Source of the DNA: Patescibacteria group bacterium | GTDB taxonomy: Bacteria; Patescibacteriota; Microgenomatia; Daviesbacterales; UBA10151 | NCBI GenBank assembly: GCA_943356485.1 | Contig: CALRFD010000007.1 | Coordinates: 1-60,859, forward strand | Direction of reading: 5' to 3' | DNA length: 60,859 nucleotides | Shown here: positions 27,845 to 37,242 of the stretch, piece after piece | Layout of the letters: every line of letters starts with the position of its first letter | Numbering within the stretch: the first letter of the stretch is position 1 | Position numbers and translations under genes: made by a program | The notes under the pieces: generated by a model | Told to the model about the DNA's origin: nothing | The model's database searches: none | Seen by the model: only the letters and a program-made list of their open reading frames with translations

Positions 27845-29863
27845 TTGCCTCCAATTGCTCAAGAAAATATGATTGTTGAAAAAGTTGCACAAGCAGCTCG
27901 AATTGGGAGTGAATATTTACCAACACGGCAAGATCCAAGTCTTTCTCCTCCTGAGAAAGCAGAACAGTTATGGGGTCTTTTTAATGACTACTCCACTTTG
28001 CGCAGAAAGCTTTACCGGGAAGGAATACAGGCAAATATAGGAGGTAGAAGAATTAGAGAAATACCTCAAGATGAAAAGGATGATATTCTTGCAAGATCCA
28101 TCCGAAATCCCCTCGCGCAGCGTTTAGTAGGAGAAATAAGTTGTCTTTGGCAAGATCTAGAGGTAAGAGGAGTTTTTGTATTAAAAGTGCAAGAATCACT
28201 TGGGGAAAGACAAATACATGATGTTTCTCTAAGAAAATACCGCAAATTAAAAAGTGAATTGGTAGGTTTGGAAGATGAAAACTTTGACTTACTCCGCAAC
28301 CAATTTTTGATGCATCAAATGACTCCAACCCTTCGGGCAATTGATCTGTTCCATAACAGGGTTGCAAAAGACAGAGTAAAGAAAAACATTGATGATTTGG
28401 AGACCACAGGGGGCATGGCTGCAAGTGCCAGGACAGCAAGGGGTGGTTTAGATAGAGAACATGCTGATTTAACTGCTCTTTTGGCTTTTGAAAGACTGGT
28501 AGCATACCATCGGGAATTTAAACTAAGCGGTATTATTCTCACCCCTTCCAGACAAGAATTACTCGGAGAAGTAGTAACGAAAACTGCAGCCGAAACCTGG
28601 ATTCAACTGGTTGGTGAAACAGGGACAGGTAAAAGTACTTTTGCCAAAAGGACTTCGCATATTCTAAATGGAGAACCTCCCCAGTATGCATCAGGAGAAA
28701 AATGGGGTGATGCCAGAGCTCTGATTGGAACAAAAACCATGGAAGGCAGCAGGGTCTATTTTGATTTTGGTCCGCTGGTATATGCTTTAACAGGATGTCA
28801 AAACTCTTTGGAGATGGAAGAAGCAATTAAGACCCGAACTGAAACACCGGGGAAAATATTGCAGCTTGATGAATTGAATAAATTTGACCAGGATGCCTTG
28901 ATGGGGGTATTAAACATAGTTTCTACTCTTAGACCGGGTGAGATATTTAACTTTAAAGAGCTTCCGGGAATTAAATTACGCAAGGCAAAAAGAGGATTTG
29001 CAATTATCGCCACCATGAATCCGGCCTCTGTTCGCTATGACAGAAAAGAACTTGATCCTTCTACAGAAAGACGTTTTTATGATGGTAAAGAAAAGGTGGA
29101 TTATCCGCCTATGACTGCCCAGGAGCCAGAGCTGTATGAGATTTTCCTGGCTGTTTTACTGGATGATAATGGCCGGATTAGAATTGCAGAGCAAGAGCTG
29201 GCGCCTGCCTTTAATGAAGTCAGAAATACTGCAACAGGCATGATTAAATACGAACTTGACTCAGATGTAAAAAAGCATGGCGCGCTTTACCGTTTTTCCT
29301 TAGCAGCAACAGAAATACATAAAAGCTTTACCCAAAAAAGTAATGTAGCTAAAACTGCCACTAGTGAAGGATTTTTAGAAAAGACAGTTCTAGATATGGA
29401 GGTTTTAGTGAAATGGATGGAGGGATATAGAGCACAAATTGAAGGTGGTGATTCGCTGGCTGCCTACTTAGACAAAAAAATTCATGATTTTTACACTAAC
29501 ATTGAAAGTGCCAATGATAAAGTGATTTTTGAGAGAATTTTTAACTACTTCGGATTTAATATCACAAATCCCCGTAACATCTCAAAACCACTGTATCATC
29601 CTTTAACACCGATTGAAATTGGCTATCTTACTCCCAAAACCCCCAGGCTAGTGCGAAGAACTGGCGAGGAAGTAACACCCAAAACAAAACTTTATATCAA
29701 CCCACGTTCAGGGGAAGAGATAACATACCTTTCTACGGATGTGGAGATAGAAGCTGGTAAAAAAATAAGACCTGGAGAGATTATTTCTTTGCGATCAAAA
29801 CAATACTTATATCTTGGTATTCACCCTGAAACTAAAGAAATTATTTTGATACTCCAGCAGTAA
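27845..29863 (+). CDS. MoxR/AAA_5-type AAA+ ATPase
   Basis: Walker A GETGTGKS, Walker B LQLDE, sensor-1 ATMNP, DPSTERRF. True start may be ATG 27869. Confidence 0.88.
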   Translation: MPPIAQENMIVEKVAQAARIGSEYLPTRQDPSLSPPEKAEQLWGLFNDYSTLRRKLYREGIQANIGGRRIREIPQDEKDDILARSIRNPLAQRLVGEISCLWQDLEVRGVFVLKVQESLGERQIHDVSLRKYRKLKSELVGLEDENFDLLRNQFLMHQMTPTLRAIDLFHNRVAKDRVKKNIDDLETTGGMAASARTARGGLDREHADLTALLAFERLVAYHREFKLSGIILTPSRQELLGEVVTKTAAETWIQLVGETGTGKSTFAKRTSHILNGEPPQYASGEKWGDARALIGTKTMEGSRVYFDFGPLVYALTGCQNSLEMEEAIKTRTETPGKILQLDELNKFDQDALMGVLNIVSTLRPGEIFNFKELPGIKLRKAKRGFAIIATMNPASVRYDRKELDPSTERRFYDGKEKVDYPPMTAQEPELYEIFLAVLLDDNGRIRIAEQELAPAFNEVRNTATGMIKYELDSDVKKHGALYRFSLAATEIHKSFTQKSNVAKTATSEGFLEKTVLDMEVLVKWMEGYRAQIEGGDSLAAYLDKKIHDFYTNIESANDKVIFERIFNYFGFNITNPRNISKPLYHPLTPIEIGYLTPKTPRLVRRTGEEVTPKTKLYINPRSGEEITYLSTDVEIEAGKKIRPGEIISLRSKQYLYLGIHPETKEIILILQQ

Positions 29864-29868
29864 CAATT

Positions 29869-29955
29869 ATGTCAGATGAAATATTAAGATTATATCCACC
29901 CTTCGGGTGGACTAGCCCGCCTTGCCGGCGAGGCAGGCTTGACACCTCTTCTTAA
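29869..29955 (+). pseudogene. Truncated third leader-bearing gene
   Basis: MSDEILRL (24 nt identical to copy 1), then runs into the hairpin and stops after 28 aa. Confidence 0.8.
29895..29949 (+). repeat. Right terminal hairpin of cassette; composite family A element
   Basis: tccacccttcgggtgga-ctagc-ccgccttgccggcgaggcagg-cttgacacct; same architecture as the murG insert. Confidence 0.85.
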
Positions 29956-30032
29956 AAAATTTAAGTAAATACAAATATATACCACCTTCCATTTGACCTA
30001 GATCGGCACATATCCTTTTACTATTTAAGGTG

Positions 30033-30104
30033 AGCGGGAGACGGAACTCGAATCCGCGACATCCTCCTTGGGAAGGAGGCATTCTACCACTGAATTACTC
30101 CCGC
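30033..30104 (-). tRNA. tRNA-Gly (CCC)
   Basis: Acceptor gcgggag/ctcccgc; anticodon arm cctcc-tt-CCC-aa-ggagg. Confidence 0.95.
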
Positions 30105-30105
30105 A

Positions 30106-30242
30106 ATCAAACTAACACTTAGCCTTAAACTAAATTTCTGTTCTTTATTTCTGCTTTGCAGAAAACGAGGCCCTCTTCCTGGGAATCATTTAGATTCCCG
30201 TCATGCACCAAGTGGTGCACGATTCACTGAATTACTCCCGCA
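30106..30242 (-). pseudogene. tRNA-Gly 5' pseudo-copy interrupted by hairpins
   Basis: 18-bp exact repeat (30225-30242 = 30088-30105), followed on the minus strand by three hairpins. Confidence 0.7.
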
Positions 30243-30328
30243 CTTTGGATATTCTCCCAAACTAGCAATAATTTATCAAGCAACACTGGACTTATTAACA
30301 AAATACCGATATAAAAGAATTTAACATT

Positions 30329-31855
30329 ATGTTAAAACAGATTACTGCCACTAAATCCCTAATCCTAGTTTTTTTGATTCTCTTTATCTCTGCCTGTCTT
30401 AGATTTTATAACTTATCAAACGTCTTTGTCTTTGCAGGCGACGAAGAATATCAGGCCATACTGGCTCAAACAATAGTTAAGCATTTTCATATCATCTGGA
30501 TTGGAGTTGGGGCAGCACATACCGGTTTTTATCTTGGACCTTATTGGACTTATTTTACTGCCTTTTGGTTGTGGCTATCAAAAGGGGATCCTTTAATTAC
30601 CGGGTATGTCTCTTCGTTTATAGGAGTTTTAACAACTTTATTAACAATAACTGCAGGCTGGCAACTATTTGGCAAAAGAACCGGACTATTATCCGGCCTG
30701 CTTTATGCCACCCTACCCCTGGTTGTGTTTTTTGACCAAAAATACTGGAATCCTACCTTAGTCCCCTTTTTATCGCTTTTAATGTTACTCGCTCTAGCTA
30801 AGATGAAGACTAATCAAAATTGGGCTATCCTACTCTCTGGATGTTTTGGTTTAATCTTTCATATACATTTATCACTTTTCCCCCTTATTTTTGTGGCTGG
30901 ATTTTGGTTAATTAAACAAAAAATTAAATTATCAAAAAAAGTTATCCTGTTATCTATTGTTACTTTTTTGTTAACAGTTGCTCCCTTAATTGCTTTTGAT
31001 TATTTTCATAAGGGATCAAATATCTTAACTCCGCTGAGGTTTAACAAAATATCCTCTGATCCGGTAAATAGAATTAATCCTCAACATCATTTTCTGGCTC
31101 TTTTCCAAACCTTGGGCAGAATCTGGTATATCGCCCCTTTTGGCAATAATTCAGATGAAGTTATAACTTCCTGCACTTCAACTTCTAGGATTGCCAGCCC
31201 GCCTTTAACTGATCAGATCTCCAAAAGGTTTAAACCGCCAATCCTATTATCCTTACTTGGCCTAACCATCCTTGCTCTCTTTCTGCTTAATCCCTCTACC
31301 TGGCGAAAGAAAAATTATAGTCTTCTGGGATTGTTTATATTATCTATAACGGGTTTTTTCCTGCTCTTTCCTGGAGGGGCTTTTGAATATTATCTTTTGG
31401 GAATCCTCCCTTTACTGCTATTTTTACCCGGCATTTTAATAGACTATTATAAAAAATCAGGCTTACTGATTATTCCCATGATAATAGTTGCTTGCTTAGC
31501 CGGAATTTTTACAATCATTTCAAACAAACCTGAATTTGGGCTTGAGGCAAAAAAAATCCTGATTCAGCAATCGTTGAGATTAATAGACAACCAGCCATTT
31601 GAGATTAAACAAACAGGTATTTGTCATTTTTATGAGGGCTGGCGCTACCTATTTGTATTAAATGGTAAAAAACCGGAAAGAAGTCAAAGCGATGAAGGGC
31701 TAGGATGGTTGTATCAGGATGAAATAACTAAGCAAAAAACTAAATACCAAATAATCCTTTCTGAAACAAGGGCACCAATAAATTTTGATACTAAAAAATC
31801 TACTGTCTTAAAATCAGGCGGTTTTAGCGCTTATATTTTTACAGAATTTAATTGA
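30329..31855 (+). CDS. ArnT/PMT-like (GT-C) membrane glycosyltransferase
   Basis: LRFYNL, GDE, YLGP, WNP motifs; many TMs. Confidence 0.82.
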   Translation: MLKQITATKSLILVFLILFISACLRFYNLSNVFVFAGDEEYQAILAQTIVKHFHIIWIGVGAAHTGFYLGPYWTYFTAFWLWLSKGDPLITGYVSSFIGVLTTLLTITAGWQLFGKRTGLLSGLLYATLPLVVFFDQKYWNPTLVPFLSLLMLLALAKMKTNQNWAILLSGCFGLIFHIHLSLFPLIFVAGFWLIKQKIKLSKKVILLSIVTFLLTVAPLIAFDYFHKGSNILTPLRFNKISSDPVNRINPQHHFLALFQTLGRIWYIAPFGNNSDEVITSCTSTSRIASPPLTDQISKRFKPPILLSLLGLTILALFLLNPSTWRKKNYSLLGLFILSITGFFLLFPGGAFEYYLLGILPLLLFLPGILIDYYKKSGLLIIPMIIVACLAGIFTIISNKPEFGLEAKKILIQQSLRLIDNQPFEIKQTGICHFYEGWRYLFVLNGKKPERSQSDEGLGWLYQDEITKQKTKYQIILSETRAPINFDTKKSTVLKSGGFSAYIFTEFN

Positions 31856-31884
31856 TTATTAATTACAAAAAATCTATACTGTAA

Positions 31885-32619
31885 ATGCTTAGTATGGCTT
31901 ACAGATATCAATACCGCGCTGTTAAAAAACAACAAAAGAAAAGCAGACAGAATTTTATAATTACTTTGATAATTATAATAATTTTACTGTATGGTACTTT
32001 CTTTTGGATTCTTCCTTTTGTCATTAGCAGCATCGGGGCTATAAGAAACTCTACTAACCCTTCCGGCAAAGTAATCAACCCGACTGATCAGGAAACGCTT
32101 GCCCCTCCAGTCCTAAATATCCCCTTTGAGGCTACGAATTCATCTCAAATTAATATCAGCGGCTATGGCAGTCCGGGTTCTAAAGTTGAGCTATTTATTG
32201 ATGATGACAAAAAACAAACAGTTACTGTAAATAGTGATGGATCTTTTGATATTAATGATATATCCTTAACTCTTGGTATAAATAATATTTATGGTAAAAG
32301 CGTTGATGACTCAGGAAAAGAAAGTTTAGCGTCTAAAATTATCAGTTTAACCTATGATAACAAAAAACCTTTACTCCAAATAAATGAGCCGGATGATAAT
32401 AAGCAGATACAGGGCGGGGATAAGAAGGTGAAAATCTCAGGTAGAACAGATCCCGGAATAAAGGTTTTTATAAATAATAATCAGGTCATCCTTGATAAGG
32501 ATGGGAATTTTTCATCTGATGAATCAATAAATGAAGGTGATAATAATTTTGATATTAAAGCCGTTGATTTGGCTTTAAATACTTCGCAAATTTCAAGAAA
32601 GGTAAACTACAAACCTTAA
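31885..32619 (+). CDS. Membrane-anchored Ig-like domain protein
   Basis: One TM, two beta-sandwich-like repeats (ISG...G..V, DG.F, G.N). Confidence 0.75.
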   Translation: MLSMAYRYQYRAVKKQQKKSRQNFIITLIIIIILLYGTFFWILPFVISSIGAIRNSTNPSGKVINPTDQETLAPPVLNIPFEATNSSQINISGYGSPGSKVELFIDDDKKQTVTVNSDGSFDINDISLTLGINNIYGKSVDDSGKESLASKIISLTYDNKKPLLQINEPDDNKQIQGGDKKVKISGRTDPGIKVFINNNQVILDKDGNFSSDESINEGDNNFDIKAVDLALNTSQISRKVNYKP

Positions 32620-33680
32620 GAAACCCAATAACCGTTAATAAATAAAGATGCATAAATCGAAAATAACATCAAAGAAATTATTTGATAGCCTAGTGAGAGA
32701 TACTCATTTTTAACAAGACTTACAACTATAAAAACCGGGAATATCAACAGGATATATCTGGGTACAGCAACAATAGTTGGTGAGAATAAAGGCAGCAATA
32801 TAGATATTAATGTAAAAATAGCATAATCCAAACTTAATTTTTTGCATACTTTCCAGACAGAAAATCCTGCAAAAATTAAAAACAGCAAATCCAATAAATC
32901 CCTAAAATTATTGGTAATAAATCCCGGAGTAAAAAGCTGCTTAAAGCTGTGTATTATAGCGCCTCCCGGAAATACTAATCCTGAATTCCAAAAATAAGAC
33001 TCTGCTTTAATAAAGTAGAAAAAATCCCCTGTCTGATGATATAAATATAAGCAATATAATAAAAATCCAATCGGAGAGAGATAAACATACCAATTTTTGT
33101 AATTAACCTTCTGGCTAAAATATACTGAAGCCATTAAACTTAATACCACCGCCAGTCCGGAGAGTCTGGTTGCTGATGAAAGGAAAGCAAAAATTGCCGC
33201 TAAAAAATAATTATTTTTCCTGGCAAATAAAAAAGTTAAAACCGACAAAAGAAAAAATAAACTCTCTGTATAGACAGTTAAAAAATGAAACGATAGCGGA
33301 AAGACTAATAGTGCAACTAATGCCTTTTTAGCAACTGACTTACCAAAATCTATATAGACTAGCTGATAAAAAATATTTGCCGCCAAAAAAAAGGAAATAA
33401 AACTTATGATTAAAGCTGAGACCAGATAATCTCCTGTTATTTTAACAAACAGATTAATTAGTATTGGATAAAGCGGGAAAAAAACATACTGGGATTTTAA
33501 CAAATACCCTTTCTCTGCAATCGACAGATAGTGGCCGCCATCCCAATTTGCTAAAGATTTTATAAAGTTATTTTGGAAAAGGCTTGAATGCGGCAGGGTA
33601 GAAAAACTAAAATAAAATACAGACAAAACTGACAAGACCCAAATACTTATTATAATATTTACATTAGGGTATAATTTCAT
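32616..33680 (-). CDS. PIG-V-like mannosyltransferase (GT-C)
   Basis: NWDGGHYL.IA..GY, FFPLYP, YTESLF. Confidence 0.85.
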   Translation of the reverse strand: MKLYPNVNIIISIWVLSVLSVFYFSFSTLPHSSLFQNNFIKSLANWDGGHYLSIAEKGYLLKSQYVFFPLYPILINLFVKITGDYLVSALIISFISFFLAANIFYQLVYIDFGKSVAKKALVALLVFPLSFHFLTVYTESLFFLLSVLTFLFARKNNYFLAAIFAFLSSATRLSGLAVVLSLMASVYFSQKVNYKNWYVYLSPIGFLLYCLYLYHQTGDFFYFIKAESYFWNSGLVFPGGAIIHSFKQLFTPGFITNNFRDLLDLLFLIFAGFSVWKVCKKLSLDYAIFTLISILLPLFSPTIVAVPRYILLIFPVFIVVSLVKNEYLSLGYQIISLMLFSIYASLFINGYWVS

Positions 33681-33682
33681 TA

Positions 33683-34825
33683 GTGATAACTACAATACTA
33701 CTGATATTTTCGATTTTAGCAGGTCAGCTGATTAAATTTCCACTCTTCGGGATTCAAGGATCGACCTTACTTGATGTTTGGGTTTGCTTATTCAGCATTA
33801 TCGGAACTTTCAAAATTAAATTTAGACTAAAAAAACCTAGCTTAGTTATATTATCAGGACTACTGTTTTGTCTGGTTGCTATCCTTTCGTTAATTTTTAC
33901 GCCACTGCATTTAAGTACCCTGGAATACTTAATCAGTTTTTCTTACACTTTAAGATTTTTACTTTACCTTTACTTGGGTTGGATTATATATTCAAATGCC
34001 TTCCCAAAGTTTAGAAAACAAATTTCAAAGACTTTATTAATGTCAGGTATTGGATTTGCTATTTTAGGTATCGGACAATTTATCTTCTTTCCTAACCTGA
34101 AACCTTTACAAAACCTGGGTTGGGATCCGCATTATTTCAGAACTGTTTCCACTTTTTTAGACCCTAATTTTGCCGGAGCTTTTTTCGTTTTAACTTTACT
34201 GCTGATTGGATCAGGCAAAAAGACAACAAAATTAGCAATCGTTTTTTTTGTTACTGTTTATATCGCCCTTCTCACCACATTTTCCAGAAGCAGTTATCTG
34301 ATGTTTTTAATTAGTGGTTTGAGTTTTTCATTTCTGAAAAAATCGAGGGTGATTCTTTTTTCGACAGTTATTCTTTTTTTCTTACTTTTGGCCGGATTTA
34401 AGACATATTCAGAGCTGGTGGCAAAACCAAGGGGTATTGACCGTGGACAATCGGCCTCATTCAGACTAAATACCTGGCAGCAGGGATTAACTTTATTTCA
34501 GGAGTCACCTATTTTAGGAATTGGTTTTAATAGCTACAGATATGCCCTGACTGAGTATCATTTAGCCGACTTGGAGTTTTTGCAAAGCCGCGGAGCATCC
34601 ACCAATGATTCAAGTTTGATATACCTACTCTCAACAACCGGCCTGATTGGAACTATCGCTTATTCGTTATTTTTATTCTCTCTGATAAAAACCGGTATAA
34701 AAAATAATGCTGTTTTACCTGCTGCTATTTTTGGACTTATTCCCCATTCTTTTTTTGCTAACAGTTTTTTTTATCCCTTTATTCTTCTTTGGATAGTACT
34801 TAAAGCCGCTGATATAGCAGATTAA
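33683..34825 (+). CDS. O-antigen ligase/polymerase family protein
   Basis: R..STF.DPN, TFSRS, P.LGIG; multi-TM. Confidence 0.85.
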   Translation: MITTILLIFSILAGQLIKFPLFGIQGSTLLDVWVCLFSIIGTFKIKFRLKKPSLVILSGLLFCLVAILSLIFTPLHLSTLEYLISFSYTLRFLLYLYLGWIIYSNAFPKFRKQISKTLLMSGIGFAILGIGQFIFFPNLKPLQNLGWDPHYFRTVSTFLDPNFAGAFFVLTLLLIGSGKKTTKLAIVFFVTVYIALLTTFSRSSYLMFLISGLSFSFLKKSRVILFSTVILFFLLLAGFKTYSELVAKPRGIDRGQSASFRLNTWQQGLTLFQESPILGIGFNSYRYALTEYHLADLEFLQSRGASTNDSSLIYLLSTTGLIGTIAYSLFLFSLIKTGIKNNAVLPAAIFGLIPHSFFANSFFYPFILLWIVLKAADIAD

Positions 34826-35945
34826 GTTTTTTTGCTGATGCTTTCCAAGAAAATCTTTTGAGATTTTTATGCCCTTCCTCTATTAACTGCTTCCTAAACT
34901 TTTCAACTTCTTTAATCCCTCTAACTATATCTTCTACTGAATTAGGATTCACATACAAAACACTCTTCCCCCCTACTTCAGGAAGCGATGAAACAGAAGA
35001 TGTAATCACCGGACAACTACTTGCTTGCGATTCTAAAATCGGGATCCCAAAACCTTCATATAAAGAAGGGTACAAAAAGCAAAAGGAATTATTATAAAGA
35101 TAGGGTAAATCCTCCTCCTCAACTCTACCTAAAAATTTTACCCTGTCTTCAATTCCCAGTTTTTTTGGAAGCGCAAATATTCCATCACTCATCCACCCCC
35201 TAGCCCCCACCATAAGCAGCTCGTAGCCACACAAGGTCTGACCTTGTGTGGCTAATGAGGCAAACGCTTTGATTAATCTTTCCAGATTCTTCCTTGGTTC
35301 TATAGTTCCAACAGACAATATATAAGGTAAGTTTAGATGATATTTTTTCAAAATTATTTTCATTTTTTCTTTCTCTATCGGGTTTAGAAAGACCTCAGAT
35401 ATTCCTGGATAAATCACCGCTGTCTTTTTACCTGGCGCAAATTTTAGAAAATCTTTCTTCGAATTTTTCGAAATTGTAATTACTAAATCAGCATACTTTT
35501 TAATCCTGTTTAAACGCACTTTATCCATTTGAAGAGTTTTCTTCTGGTGCAAACCCGGAAAAAGCACCGGAGTCATGTCAAAAACAGTTGCCAAAGACTT
35601 ACCTGTTTTTTGTGGGAGTAGGTACCAATTAAAAGAGTGGCAAATATCCACCCTTCCGACCAGTTTTTCAACCTTCGGCCAATTAATCTTTTGCCATAAT
35701 AAAAAGAACCGTCTAAAAAAAATTAAGGGCAGCCGGTATATTTTTAATATAACGTTTGGATTATCCTTAAACTCGATGTTTTTTAAAAGTTTATAGTTTT
35801 TATACGTTGTAATTCCAAACAGGATAAATTTATCTTTTTTATTGATCTTTAGAATTGCCTTTATTAGCTCATACGTATAAATTCCAATTCCCGTTTTATT
35901 TTCATCTGCCAAAACAGAAACATCTAAACAGATTGTCTTACTCAT
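34800..35945 (-). CDS. GT4 glycosyltransferase
   Basis: VGTIEPRKN, PSLYEGFGIPILE; likely start MSKTIC at 35945. Confidence 0.92.
   Translation of the reverse strand: MSKTICLDVSVLADENKTGIGIYTYELIKAILKINKKDKFILFGITTYKNYKLLKNIEFKDNPNVILKIYRLPLIFFRRFFLLWQKINWPKVEKLVGRVDICHSFNWYLLPQKTGKSLATVFDMTPVLFPGLHQKKTLQMDKVRLNRIKKYADLVITISKNSKKDFLKFAPGKKTAVIYPGISEVFLNPIEKEKMKIILKKYHLNLPYILSVGTIEPRKNLERLIKAFASLATQGQTLCGYELLMVGARGWMSDGIFALPKKLGIEDRVKFLGRVEEEDLPYLYNNSFCFLYPSLYEGFGIPILESQASSCPVITSSVSSLPEVGGKSVLYVNPNSVEDIVRGIKEVEKFRKQLIEEGHKNLKRFSWKASAKKLNLLYQRL
35224..35254. repeat. Perfect palindrome in frame within GT4 (family C)
   Basis: tagccacacaaggtc-t-gaccttgtgtggcta, 15-bp stem. Confidence 0.9.
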
Positions 35946-37170
35946 CGGCTTTAAAAACGAATTTATTGACACAAAAGATAATTACTGCCGCGCTTAAAAT
36001 ATCTGATCCAACCGAGATCCAGGAAGCAGCTACAAGTCCAAAAAGGGGAATAAAAATAATGTTAAATAAAATATTAAAAGTTAGCGGAATAACAGAAAAT
36101 AAAATTACCTGTTTTAAATATTTATCACTAGAGGTTAAAACAACTGAGGCAGGTACATGCACAAACATAAAAGGAATTGTTAGGGAGAGAATTTTAATCA
36201 CACTTATTGCCGGAGTATACTTAGGCAAAAACGTATTAATTACATAAGGCAATACTAAGATATATCCGGCCACCGCAAAAAGACCCAAAATAAACATTGT
36301 TTTGATGCTTTTTAAAAATAAAGGTTTTATCTTACCCGGGCTATCTTTATGCAGCTTTGCAAGAACCGGAAAAAGGGCAAAGCTTAGGGCATTTGGTATA
36401 AATACCAAAGCCTCTAAAAACTTATATCCGAGTGCATATATACCTGTTTCAAAATTTCCTCTGAGATACGAAAGAATTACAGTATCTATCTTAAAATATA
36501 AAAACCCTAGGACAGCTAATATTCCATAAGGTATCGATCCTGACAGTACCTCTTTTAAGAAAGGGACGGAAATAGGGGCGGATTTAAATTTCTCCTGTTT
36601 TTTTACAAAATACAAAAGAATGAGCATATAAATTACTTGTCCTAAAATTAACCCGAGTATAGCTCCAAAAATTCCAAAACCTTTAGCTATAAAAAAGACA
36701 CCTGAAAAAAAAGTAGCAAGGCTTAATACAAAGGCCGCAGCTGCGGAATATTGCAGCTTTGCTAAAGCCACAAATACTCCATCAAAAGTAATGGCTACAG
36801 CCTGAGGCAAAAGCGCAATTGATACAAGAGATAATACACTAACCCTCAACCGATCCGGATCAAATAAGTAAATCCCGAGGGAAAATATTGCAAAAAGTAC
36901 AGATACAATGGTTAATCTTAATATTAAAATATTCCAAATTATCTGCCAGGATTGTTGTTTTTTAGAAGAGATTTCCCTTATTAAGAATCTGTTGAAACCA
37001 AAATCGCAGATGGCAGAGATTATTGAAAAGTAGGCAATAGCTACTGAATATAACCCAAAATTTAAAACCCCCAAAGAGTTTGCTAAAAAAATCGTGTATA
37101 AAAAGCCGATTATCCTGGTTAAAGTCTGGGCAAAAAAAAGCCAGGAGGCTTGTTTTAAAATACTTCGCAT
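35938..37170 (-). CDS. Wzx-type flippase
   Basis: Multi-TM; FGLYS, DFG...F..RE, KIDTVIL, GIY. Confidence 0.88.
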   Translation of the reverse strand: MRSILKQASWLFFAQTLTRIIGFLYTIFLANSLGVLNFGLYSVAIAYFSIISAICDFGFNRFLIREISSKKQQSWQIIWNILILRLTIVSVLFAIFSLGIYLFDPDRLRVSVLSLVSIALLPQAVAITFDGVFVALAKLQYSAAAAFVLSLATFFSGVFFIAKGFGIFGAILGLILGQVIYMLILLYFVKKQEKFKSAPISVPFLKEVLSGSIPYGILAVLGFLYFKIDTVILSYLRGNFETGIYALGYKFLEALVFIPNALSFALFPVLAKLHKDSPGKIKPLFLKSIKTMFILGLFAVAGYILVLPYVINTFLPKYTPAISVIKILSLTIPFMFVHVPASVVLTSSDKYLKQVILFSVIPLTFNILFNIIFIPLFGLVAASWISVGSDILSAAVIIFCVNKFVFKADE

Positions 37171-37200
37171 TATTGAATTGTATCAGATTTAGATACCAGC

Positions 37201-37236
37201 TATGAAAGCCTTAAGCTAAAACCTAAGGCTTTCATA
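37201..37236. terminator. Stem-loop downstream of the cupredoxin gene, possible terminator
   Basis: tatgaaagcctta-N10-taaggctttcata; no clear U-tract. Confidence 0.5.
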
Positions 37237-37242
37237 ATGGAA

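Noticed and set aside
21510-30104. Integrase-type tRNA island between tRNA-Thr and tRNA-Gly
   Set aside because: No integrase and no duplicated tRNA 3' end was seen; the only boundary signal is the hairpin pair.
22958-30328. Complete DGR (template repeat, RT, avd)
   Set aside because: No RT motif ORF and no AAC-rich near-copy of 26485-26619 was visible in the intergenic regions.
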